A DNA stretch of 64,000 bases, from assembly GCA_044220955.1 (NCBI GenBank), contig JBGAQA010000016.1, forward strand, positions 38,286 to 102,285, in the 5' to 3' direction. This document shows positions 18,970 through 27,271 of this stretch, one piece after another; the first letter of the stretch is position 1; each line of letters starts with the position of its first letter. Made by a program: the position numbers and the translations under genes. Below the pieces are notes generated by a model. The model worked only from the letters and a program-made list of their open reading frames with translations. It searched no databases and was not told the origin of the DNA. The DNA comes from Sandaracinaceae bacterium (lineage in GTDB: Bacteria > Myxococcota_A > Polyangia > Polyangiales > Sandaracinaceae).

Positions 18970-19403
18970 CGACCTCCGTATCGAAGACCTTCGAATCACC
19001 CTGACGACGTTCGGTACAGTTCACTGTCACGATCCTCCCCCGGCCATGCCGGCGTCTCCGGGCTTCTGGCTCTGTGGGCGAAGGATGACTCCTCCGCACA
19101 CGGCCAGGCTCGCGTCGAGACGTTCCTGGGTGCGGGGCGCACCATTGCGCCACGCGGTTGAGACACGGCTCGATCCGTCCTTCGTGCGCGACGCGCGGCA
19201 CCCTCTTTTCAGGGAGGGGACCTGCGGCGTGAAGAATCCACCATTCGCGTAGCGAATCGCGGTTTCGCACCATTGCGGGGTCGGGCCCATCCGCCGTGTC
19301 AGTCCGGACCAAAGCCCGGACTCCTCGGATCATACGGACGCACACACCAAAGTAAAGATCCGTGCGAGAAGAACGCACCCGCCTGGAACTGGAAGGACGG
19401 CCG
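18907..19403. ncRNA. Candidate large (~500 nt) highly structured non-coding RNA, unassigned class
   Basis: Lower GC, no GC3-biased frame; closing long-range helix, more than 10 nested hairpins and three long-range complementarities read by eye (see findings). Confidence 0.55.
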
Positions 19404-19434
19404 GGGCGTTCGGCATGATCGCCTCGCAGCGCAC

Positions 19435-21858
19435 GTGAGCGAGCCCGAGAGCGAAGAAAAGGCCCAGAAGGCCGGGTCCCACGGGCCCGACTCGGAGATG
19501 TTCTCCGTCCCGCGCCCCCGCAAGGCCATCCCCCAGCTCAAGGACGTCCCTCTGACGAAGGAGGAGATCCGTCGGCGCAAGATGGTCCGCACGGCGATGA
19601 TCGCCTCGGTCGTGATCGCGGCCCTGACCGCGGCCTTTCTCCTCTACCGCGCCAACCACCGACGCGAGATCGAAGCGGCGCGCGACGAGGCGGAGCGCAC
19701 GGGGCGGATGGCCGCGATCGAGCGCGCGATCGCCCTGCTCGACGGAGAGAACGGCGCTGCCGACGTCGCGCTCTCGGCGCGCCTGCACGCGATGGCGGAG
19801 CTGGCCGGTGCGGAAGGGCACCGCGCGCCGGCCGAGGCCCTGCTCGGGCAGCACGATCCTTCCGGTGACGGCGCCTCGGATCACCGGATCGCCGAGACGT
19901 ACCTCGCGCTCGCGCGCGGCGACGCCGGCGAGGCGTCGCGCGTGGCTGCGCTGCTCGTCCCGGGCCGAGGGCCGCGCGCCGCCGAGGCGGGACACGCCGT
20001 CGCACGTGCGCAGCTCGCGATCGGTAGCGTCGTGCAGGCGCGGACGGCGGCGGACGCCGCGCGGGCGGGCGCGCCCGACGCGCCGCGGCACCTCGCGCTC
20101 GTGGTGGAGATCGCCGCGCGCGGCGGCGGGGAGGCGCCCGAGGCCCGGGGCGACGAGACGGTCGTCCGCCTCGCGCGGGCGCGCGCCGCGATCGAGGCGC
20201 TCGGGCCGGCCAGCGACGTGCGCCCCGACGCCGAGGCGGTGCTCGCCGCGGGCGACGCCACGCCGGCCGAGCACGGCTGGGCCGAGCTCGCCCTCGGGAT
20301 TTCGGACGCGATCGACGGCGACACGCTGCACGCCTCCGCGCACCTGGCCGCCGCTTCGGAGCACCGGCCGCCTGGCGACGAGCTCTTCACCATCGAGCTC
20401 GCGGAGGCGCTCTTCGACGTCGGCCGCCGGCTCGACGCCGCGACCGCGATGGAGCCGCTGACCGGCCACGTCTCGACCGACACGTCGCGACGCGCGCTCC
20501 TGACTGCGCGGCAGGAGCTGCTCCGCGGGGACGCCGAGGCGGCGTCGCGCGCCGCCGAGACGGCCGTGGGCTCGCCGCGCCGCACGCTGGTGCAGGCGCG
20601 CATCGCGCTCTTGCGAGACGACTTCGCCCACGCGCGTCCCTGGCTGGAGGAAGTGACGGACTCCGCGGCGCTCGGCTCGTACGCCCACCTCGAGCTCGTG
20701 CAGCTGCTGGTCCTGACCGGAGACACCGCCGGCGCGCTCGCGTCGGTGCAGAGCGCGCTCGACGCGGCGCCGACGCACCCGCGCCTCGCGGCGGCAGCGG
20801 CCCACGCGCTCAGCGCATCCGGGCAGCACGACGAGGCGCTCACCGTCCTGGGACGCGCGGGTGACGCGCACGAGGGCGAGCCGCTGGTGCTCGTGGCGCG
20901 CGCGCGCGTCCATGCCCGCGCGGCCGAGTGGAACCAGGCGTACGAGGCCTTCCAGGCGGCACAGGGCGCGACCGAGGGCGAGCCGCAGATCAACACGGAG
21001 CGCGGGCAGGCCGCGCAGATGCTCGGGCACCTCGACGAGGCGCGCGAGGCCTATGCGGCCGCGCTCGCCGTCGATCCGCACCAGCCCACGGCGCTCGTCG
21101 CGCTGCTCGGCGTGCAGGTCGAGACGCACGACCTCGAGGGCGCGATGCAGTCGCTCGCGCGGATCGACGAGGCGCACCTGGTCGATCCGGTGATCGATCA
21201 CCTCCGGGCGCGCGCGCTCGTGGACCGTCAGGCCGGCGAGAGCGGCGTCGCGCGCGTCGAGGAGGCCATCGGCCGCAGCCCCGACGACGGCGAGCTGCGC
21301 TTCGCGCTCGCGCGGCTCTACGCGCAGGCCGAGCGCTGGTCCGACGCGGCCGACGCGTACTACGCCGCGCTCTCGCGGACGACCGACCGCCGCCTCGCGC
21401 TCGGCATGCGCGCGATCGCCCTCGCGCGCGCGCGGCGCGCGCCGACGGTGCAGGCGATGCTCGACCAGCTGCGGGCGACGGTCTCCACGGAGTCGCCGCT
21501 CTTGCCGCGAGACACCGCGATGGTCGCCGTCGCCTCCGCCTGGGTGGAGTGGGACGCCGACGCCTACGGGCGTGTGACGATCTTCGCACGCCAGGCGATC
21601 GACGCGGTGCCGGACGACCCCGACGCGACGCTGCTGCTCGCCTACGTCGACGAGAACGCGCACCGCGACCCGAGCGAGCGCCTGCGCGTCATCCACGACG
21701 CGTCGATCGAGGCGCGCGGCTGGCTCGCCTCGCTCGCGGCGGCGACGCCGCTCGACGCGGCGGGCTGCACGGACGCGCGCGCGTACCTCGCCGCGGCCCC
21801 GAGCGGCCGCTTCGCCGCCGAGCTCGGCCGCCGCGTCGCGAGCTGCGCGGCGCCCTGA
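19435..21858 (+). CDS. Membrane-anchored TPR-repeat protein
   Basis: N-terminal basic patch plus TM (TAMIASVVIAALTAAFLLY), long Ala-rich TPR-like helices; GTG start at 19435 inferred. Confidence 0.75.
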   Translation: MSEPESEEKAQKAGSHGPDSEMFSVPRPRKAIPQLKDVPLTKEEIRRRKMVRTAMIASVVIAALTAAFLLYRANHRREIEAARDEAERTGRMAAIERAIALLDGENGAADVALSARLHAMAELAGAEGHRAPAEALLGQHDPSGDGASDHRIAETYLALARGDAGEASRVAALLVPGRGPRAAEAGHAVARAQLAIGSVVQARTAADAARAGAPDAPRHLALVVEIAARGGGEAPEARGDETVVRLARARAAIEALGPASDVRPDAEAVLAAGDATPAEHGWAELALGISDAIDGDTLHASAHLAAASEHRPPGDELFTIELAEALFDVGRRLDAATAMEPLTGHVSTDTSRRALLTARQELLRGDAEAASRAAETAVGSPRRTLVQARIALLRDDFAHARPWLEEVTDSAALGSYAHLELVQLLVLTGDTAGALASVQSALDAAPTHPRLAAAAAHALSASGQHDEALTVLGRAGDAHEGEPLVLVARARVHARAAEWNQAYEAFQAAQGATEGEPQINTERGQAAQMLGHLDEAREAYAAALAVDPHQPTALVALLGVQVETHDLEGAMQSLARIDEAHLVDPVIDHLRARALVDRQAGESGVARVEEAIGRSPDDGELRFALARLYAQAERWSDAADAYYAALSRTTDRRLALGMRAIALARARRAPTVQAMLDQLRATVSTESPLLPRDTAMVAVASAWVEWDADAYGRVTIFARQAIDAVPDDPDATLLLAYVDENAHRDPSERLRVIHDASIEARGWLASLAAATPLDAAGCTDARAYLAAAPSGRFAAELGRRVASCAAP

Positions 21859-21969
21859 CGCAAGGGCCGACGTCGCCGCACGGGCCGTGTTGTTCGCTGG
21901 TTCCATTGCCGTGCACGCGGGCGGGCTCACCTGGACCTCTGCGCTGCCGGAGGCGATGGGCTCGAAGTG

Positions 21970-22141
21970 ATGCTGGGAGTGAGCGTGAATTACGGCGGGG
22001 CGACTCGTGGTCGATGAGCCAGTCGATCTGCCCGAGGACACCGAGGTCGAAGTCCTCGTCCGCGTGGTCGTTCTTGCGGTCCGGGGCAGCGTGCGGGGCC
22101 TCCTTCCGCGCCTGCGTGCGCGGCTCACCGAGCTGCGCTGA
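21970..22141 (+). pseudogene. Frameshifted remnant of a small antitoxin-like (AF2212/DUF104-like) gene
   Basis: GRLVVDEPVDLPEDTEVEVLV in the frame ending at TGA 22141; upstream ATG 21970 is out of frame by 1 nt across GGGG 21997-22000. Confidence 0.45.
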
Positions 22142-22142
22142 G

Positions 22143-22180
22143 CCCTCACACTGGCCCTCTCCCACGACGTGGGAGAGGGG
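22143..22180 (+). repeat. REP-like palindrome (same family as 315-362)
   Basis: CCCTCACACTGG followed by CCCTCTCCCAC-GAC-GTGGGAGAGGG, a perfect 11-bp stem. Confidence 0.7.
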
Positions 22181-22264
22181 ACCGATGCACGCGCACGTGG
22201 CGGTGGGGCGACGGATCCGGTAGTTTTTCGGGGTGAGGCGCGCGCCTCGGGCGCCTCGGTCGAG

Positions 22265-23362
22265 ATGCAGCCCCTTCCCACCTCTCCGTTCCGCTCGTCG
22301 CAGAGCCCTGCGCTCGGGTACCGCGCCCGCAAGATCCTCTTCGCGGTCGTGAGCGAGTACATCGCGACGGGCGAGCCCGTGGGCTCGCGACGGCTGAGCA
22401 AGCGCTACGGGCTGAACCTCTCGCCCGCCACCATCCGCAACGAGCTCGCCGACCTCGAGGAGGCGGGCTGCGTGACGTCGCCGCACACGAGCGCGGGGCG
22501 CGTCCCGACCGAGGTCGGCTTCCGCGTCTTCATCGACGCCCTGGCGCAGATGCGCGAGGTGGGCGAGACCGATCGCGCCGCGATCCTCGCGCGCATGGGC
22601 CAGCTCCGGCCGGGCGTCGACGACGTGATGCGCGAGGCCGGGCGCCTGCTCGCCTCGCTCACGGGGGCCGCCGCGCTCGTCACGCGCCCGCGGCCCGAGC
22701 TCGACGCGCTGGCGCAGCTGCGGTTCGTGCCGCTCGGCGGCGCGAGCGTGCTCGCGGTGATCGTCACGCGGAGCGGCACCATCCAGAACCGCGTGGTCGC
22801 GCTGCCCGAGGCGCTCGACGCGAGCGAGCTCGAGCGCCTGCAGAACTACGTGACCGAGCTCGCGCAGGGCAAGACGCTCGCGGAGCTGCGCGCGGCGCTG
22901 GCCGAGGCGGTGGCGAGCGACCGTGGCGCCTACGACCGGCTCAAGCGGCGTGCGCGGCAGATGGTGGAGGCCGCGGTGAGCCCGGACGCGCGCGAGGTCG
23001 TGATCGAGGGCCAGGGCGCCCTCTTCGACCGCCCCGAGTTCGAGAGCTCGGAGAAGATGCGGGCCTTCCTGCGCGCCTTCGAGGAGAAGGAGCGCCTCGT
23101 GGGCCTGCTCGACCGCACCATCGCGGCCGCCGGCGTCACCGTCCTGGTCGGGAGCGAGGCCAACCTCGTGGACGTACCGGACATCGGCGTCATCTCGGCC
23201 GCCTACCGTGCAGGCGGGCACGGCGCTGGCACCGTCGGCCTCGTGGGGCCTACCCGCATGGACTACGGCAAGCTGATGCCGCTCGTCGGCTTCATGTCCG
23301 AGGTGATCAGCGACGTGCTCGACCCGGGCGACCCGGACGCTGGCGAGACCGACCCCGACTGA
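22265..23362 (+). CDS. hrcA: Heat-inducible transcription repressor HrcA
   Basis: EYIATGEPVGS, LSPATIRNELADLEE.G, PHTSAGRVPT..GFR, GPTRMDY. Confidence 0.96.
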   Translation: MQPLPTSPFRSSQSPALGYRARKILFAVVSEYIATGEPVGSRRLSKRYGLNLSPATIRNELADLEEAGCVTSPHTSAGRVPTEVGFRVFIDALAQMREVGETDRAAILARMGQLRPGVDDVMREAGRLLASLTGAAALVTRPRPELDALAQLRFVPLGGASVLAVIVTRSGTIQNRVVALPEALDASELERLQNYVTELAQGKTLAELRAALAEAVASDRGAYDRLKRRARQMVEAAVSPDAREVVIEGQGALFDRPEFESSEKMRAFLRAFEEKERLVGLLDRTIAAAGVTVLVGSEANLVDVPDIGVISAAYRAGGHGAGTVGLVGPTRMDYGKLMPLVGFMSEVISDVLDPGDPDAGETDPD

Positions 23363-23410
23363 CTCACGTCGAGACTTGTCCGCGGGCGATCCGGTGTCTA
23401 TTGTCGCGCC

Positions 23411-23950
23411 GTGAGCGACGAGACCAGTGAGCCGCCGGCGGAGACGTCGGCCGAGGCCGCCCCGGCCGCCGATCCGCCCGGGCCCGAGGACGAGGTCGCC
23501 AAGGCCCGCGCGGAGACCGCGCGCGTCAAGGATCAGCTGCTACGGACGGCGGCCGACTTCGACAACTTCCGCAAGCGCGCGCTCAAGGATCTCGCGGAGG
23601 AGCGCCGGCGCGCCAAGGAGGACGCGATCCGCGAGCTCCTGCCGGTGATCGACAACCTCGAGCGAGCGGTGTCGGCGGCGGCGACGGCGACCGACGTCAG
23701 CGCCGTGGTCGAGGGCATCCGGATGGTGCTCAAGCTCTTCGAGGACCAGGCCAACCGCCTCGGTCTGACCAAGGTGAAGGCGGTCGGCGAGCGCTTCGAT
23801 CCCGCGATCCACGACGCGATCCAGCAGATCGAGACCGACGAGCACCCCCCCGGGACCGTGATCGCGGAGGTCGTGGCCGGCTTCCGGCTGGGCGACAAGC
23901 TCGTCCGTCCCGCGATGGTGGTCGTCGCCCGCAAGGCCGCCTCGGCCTGA
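23411..23950 (+). CDS. grpE: Nucleotide exchange factor GrpE
   Basis: LRTAADFDNFRKR, LLPVIDNLERA, GERFDPAIHDA, VRPAMVVV. Confidence 0.96.
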   Translation: MSDETSEPPAETSAEAAPAADPPGPEDEVAKARAETARVKDQLLRTAADFDNFRKRALKDLAEERRRAKEDAIRELLPVIDNLERAVSAAATATDVSAVVEGIRMVLKLFEDQANRLGLTKVKAVGERFDPAIHDAIQQIETDEHPPGTVIAEVVAGFRLGDKLVRPAMVVVARKAASA

Positions 23951-24023
23951 CCGGCCCGCGGCCACGCAAGATGCGTGATCCGGGTGGAGCGCCTGCGCTA
24001 GGATGCGCGGGCTAGCGATCGTC

Positions 24024-25835
24024 ATGGCGCGCGTCATCGGAATCGACCTGGGAACGACGAACTCGTGTGTCGCCTTCGTGGAGAACGGCGAGCCGATCGT
24101 GATCCCGAACGCGGAAGGGGCCCGCACGACCCCCTCGGTGGTTGCGTTCACCAAGGACGGCGAGCGGCGCGTCGGATCGGTGGCCAAGCGCCAGGCCGGC
24201 ACCAATCCGGAGAACACCGTCTACTCGGTGAAGCGCATCATGGGCCGGCGCTTCACGTCGGAGGAGGCCAAGCGCCACATCGCGGCCGTCCCCTACACGG
24301 TGATCGAGGCGCCCAACGGTGACGCCTGGGTCCGCGCCGGGGGCAAGGACCTCTCGCCGCCCGAGATCTCGGCCTACGTGCTCGAGAAGATGAAGGAGGT
24401 CGCCGAGTCGTACCTCGGGCAGCCCGTCGACGGCGCCGTGGTGACGGTCCCGGCGTACTTCGACGATGCGCAGCGCCAGGCGACGCGGGACGCGGGCAAG
24501 GTCGCCGGGCTCGAGATCAAGCGCATCATCAACGAGCCGACCGCGGCCGCGCTGGCGTACGGCCTCGAGAAGCAGCGGGGCGGGAAGATCGCCGTGTACG
24601 ACCTCGGCGGCGGCACGTTCGACATCTCGATCCTCGAGATCGAAGGCGGCGTGTTCAAGGTGCTCGCGACCAACGGCGACACGCACCTCGGCGGCGAGGA
24701 CTTCGACAAGCTCGTCGTGGACTACCTCGCGGACCTCTTCGCGAAGGAGAACAAGGGCATCGACCTGCGCAAGGACCGGGTCGCCCTGCAGCGCCTCAAG
24801 GAGCAAGCGGAGAAGGCCAAGCACGAGCTCTCGAGCGCGCTCGACACCGAGATCAACCTGCCCTTCATCGCGGCGGACGCGACGGGCCCCAAGCACCTGG
24901 TCACCACGCTCAAGCGCAGCGACCTCGAGATCCTCTGTGGCGAGCTCATCGACAAGACCCTCGAGCCGTGCCGCAGGGCGCTCGCCGACGCGCACGTCAC
25001 CGTGAAGGACATCGACGAGGTGATCCTCGTCGGCGGCATGACGCGCATGCCCATGGTGCAGAAGAAGGTCAGCGAGCTCTTCGGGCGCACGCCGCACAAG
25101 GGCGTGAACCCCGACGAGGTCGTCGCCGTGGGCGCGGCCATCCAGGCGGCCAGCATGACCGGGGCGATGGAGGAGGTCCTGCTCCTCGACGTCACGCCGC
25201 TCTCGCTCGGCGTCGAGGTAGGCGGCGGCATCTTCCACAAGCTGATCGCGCGCAACACCACGATCCCCACGAACGCGAGCGAGGTGTTCACGACGAGCGT
25301 GGACAACCAGCCCTTCGTTCCCATCCACGTCCTGCAGGGCGAGCGCGAGATGAGCGCCGACAACAAGAGCCTCGCGCGCTTCGAGCTGTCTCCCATCCCG
25401 CCGGCGCCGCGCGGTGTGCCGCAGGTCGAGGTGAAGTTCGACATCGACGTCGACGGCATCGTCCACGTGAACGCCAAGGATCTCGGGACCGGGCGCGAGC
25501 AGAAGGTACGGGTCGTCGCCTCGAGCGGCTTGACCAAGGAACAGATCGAGCAGCTCGTCGGCGACGCCGACAAGTACAAGGAGGCCGACGCGCGTCGCAA
25601 GGAGCTCGCCGAGCTCAAGAACGGCGCCGCAGCGCTGCTCTACACGAGCGAGCGTGCGGTGACGGACTTCGCGGACCTCGTCTCGCCCGAGCTGCTCGAT
25701 CAGGTCAAGAAGGACATCGAGAACCTCAAGAGCACGCTCGAGGCAGGCGACGCCATCGCGATCCGCGAGGCGCTCCAGACGCTCGAGCTCAGCTCGTTCA
25801 AGATGGCCGAGACGATGTACGGCTCGGTTTCCTAG
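24024..25835 (+). CDS. dnaK: Molecular chaperone DnaK (Hsp70), lacking the acidic C-terminal tail
   Basis: [56 protein letters not shown]; ends [11 protein letters not shown]. Confidence 0.97.
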   Translation: MARVIGIDLGTTNSCVAFVENGEPIVIPNAEGARTTPSVVAFTKDGERRVGSVAKRQAGTNPENTVYSVKRIMGRRFTSEEAKRHIAAVPYTVIEAPNGDAWVRAGGKDLSPPEISAYVLEKMKEVAESYLGQPVDGAVVTVPAYFDDAQRQATRDAGKVAGLEIKRIINEPTAAALAYGLEKQRGGKIAVYDLGGGTFDISILEIEGGVFKVLATNGDTHLGGEDFDKLVVDYLADLFAKENKGIDLRKDRVALQRLKEQAEKAKHELSSALDTEINLPFIAADATGPKHLVTTLKRSDLEILCGELIDKTLEPCRRALADAHVTVKDIDEVILVGGMTRMPMVQKKVSELFGRTPHKGVNPDEVVAVGAAIQAASMTGAMEEVLLLDVTPLSLGVEVGGGIFHKLIARNTTIPTNASEVFTTSVDNQPFVPIHVLQGEREMSADNKSLARFELSPIPPAPRGVPQVEVKFDIDVDGIVHVNAKDLGTGREQKVRVVASSGLTKEQIEQLVGDADKYKEADARRKELAELKNGAAALLYTSERAVTDFADLVSPELLDQVKKDIENLKSTLEAGDAIAIREALQTLELSSFKMAETMYGSVS

Positions 25836-25844
25836 CGGGGCCGG

Positions 25845-26695
25845 GCGGGGTCACTCCACACCCACCCAACCCGTCGAATCCACTTGGAACTGGCGGCTAG
25901 GTGCGCGTTTTGCGGTAGACGGGCCGATCGCCGTCCGCGGCCGACGAGCGATCCGGGCGCTCGATCCGATGTGCGTACTCGAGCGAGACGTCGCCGGCCG
26001 CGGCGCGCGCCGCCTCGTCGCGATGGCGCGCGAGGTCGCGATAAGCCTCGCCGCGCGCTGCGTGGTCGGACGCGAGGTCTTGCCACCACGCGTGCGGCGT
26101 CCACAACTCCGCCACTTCGGGGTCCGCGTCGCCCTCCACGGCGTGGAGCCGGTACGTCGACCAGCGCCAGTCGCTCGGCGCCTCGACGACGCCCGCGCGC
26201 ACCGGGTTGAGCTCGACGTACGGAATGGTCGCGGCCAGCTGACGCTCGCTCGTGATCGGAATCGCCGTGAATCGCTGCTCGAAGAGCTTGCCGCTCGACT
26301 CGCGGTGGCGATTGCGTCGCGCCGCGTAGCGCTGCGCGAAGTGCTTCACCCACCCGGACAGGTGCGAGGCATCATGGGGCGTCGCGACGATGTGCGCGTG
26401 GTTGCGCATGAGCACGAGCGCGTGAACTGGCAGCGCGAGCACGCGAGAGGCGTGCGCGACCAAGCCGAGGAACGCCCGATAACAGCTCTTGTAGGAGAAC
26501 AGGTTGCGGCGGTTGTTGCCGCGGACGATGACGTGGTGCGGATGGTCAGGTAGGACGGTGTCCAGGCGAGGTCGGCGGCTCATGCGCCCTTGTCGGGCCG
26601 TGGGCGGCGCCATTGCGCTCCCACACGTAAAACGCGCACCTAGCCGCCAGAATCCTGTCGATTCGCGGACTTGGATGGGTGTGGAGTGACCCCGC
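25845..26695 (-). mobile_element. RAYT cassette bounded by 67-bp imperfect terminal inverted repeats
   Basis: Left 25845-25911 and right 26629-26695 are reverse complements (GCGGGGTCACTCCACACCCA.CCAA...CTGGCGGCTAGGTGCGCGTTTT) enclosing the transposase. Confidence 0.8.
25897..26583 (-). CDS. REP-associated tyrosine transposase (RAYT, HUH Y1 family)
   Basis: HHVIVRGNNR, LMRNHAHIV (HUH), LFEQRF, YVELNPVRAG, WRWSTY; start MSRRPR. Confidence 0.92.
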   Translation of the reverse strand: MSRRPRLDTVLPDHPHHVIVRGNNRRNLFSYKSCYRAFLGLVAHASRVLALPVHALVLMRNHAHIVATPHDASHLSGWVKHFAQRYAARRNRHRESSGKLFEQRFTAIPITSERQLAATIPYVELNPVRAGVVEAPSDWRWSTYRLHAVEGDADPEVAELWTPHAWWQDLASDHAARGEAYRDLARHRDEAARAAAGDVSLEYAHRIERPDRSSAADGDRPVYRKTRT

Positions 26696-26697
26696 GC

Positions 26698-27168
26698 TCA
26701 GCGCTCGGTGGCGACGTTCACCACGAGGCGGCGGCCGTGGAACTCGGTGCCGTCGAGCTGCTCGATCGCGCGCGGCGCGTCGCGGCGGTTGGCCATCGTG
26801 ACGAAGCCGAAGCCGCGCGGCGCCCGCGTGGAGCGGTCGAGCATGACGATCGCGTCGGCGATGGGGCCGAACTGCCCGAAGAGCTCCCGCAGGTGCTGCT
26901 CGGTGACGTCGTCGGCCAGGCCGCTCACGAAGAGGCGCGAGGGGACCGTCGCCGCCGAGGCGCCGCCGCCCTTGGCCCGGTTCTCGAGGTTGCGCATGGC
27001 CTCCTCGATCGAGGGCAGACCCCGCTGGACCATGTCCGCGGTGGTGACCTGAGGCTCGCTCGGCCCGCGCTCACGCCGCTGGGCGCGGCGCTGCGCCTTC
27101 TCTTGCTGCTTCCGCTGCTGCTCGAGCTCGCGGTTGCGCTTGCCTGGAAAAAAGCCTCCGCCGCTCAC
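26698..27168 (-). CDS. RRM (RNP-1) RNA-binding protein with basic N-terminal extension
   Basis: RNP2 LFVSGL, RNP1 RGFGFVTM, LDGTEFHGRRLVVNVA; start uncertain (27168-27237). Confidence 0.9.
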   Translation of the reverse strand: MSGGGFFPGKRNRELEQQRKQQEKAQRRAQRRERGPSEPQVTTADMVQRGLPSIEEAMRNLENRAKGGGASAATVPSRLFVSGLADDVTEQHLRELFGQFGPIADAIVMLDRSTRAPRGFGFVTMANRRDAPRAIEQLDGTEFHGRRLVVNVATER

Positions 27169-27271
27169 GAGCGACGACCGAGGCGGGAGGGGCGTCCGAG
27201 ACGCGCGAATCGATTCTGCACGCATGGGGCGTACCACGACCGCGGCACTCGCGCCGGAATTTCCGTCGCGC

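Noticed and set aside
19050..19330. RNase P RNA on the minus strand (GAGGAGTCCGGGC ... CAGAAGCCCGG, ~270 nt apart)
   Set aside because: Only superficial: lacks GAGGAAAGUCC, the ACAGA.A, GGUAA and GAGCAA conserved regions and the ..GGCUUA end. cmscan with RF00010 would settle it.
18959..19378. 139-aa minus ORF and other ORFs across the structured region
   Set aside because: No GC3 bias and no recognisable motifs.
18907..19403. tmRNA, group I/II intron, cobalamin riboswitch or retron msr-msd
   Set aside because: CCACCA at 19238-43 has no T-arm and no tag ORF ending in AA-stop; no intron domain V or P7 core; only a B12-box-like fragment without the GGGAA core; no reverse transcriptase in the window.
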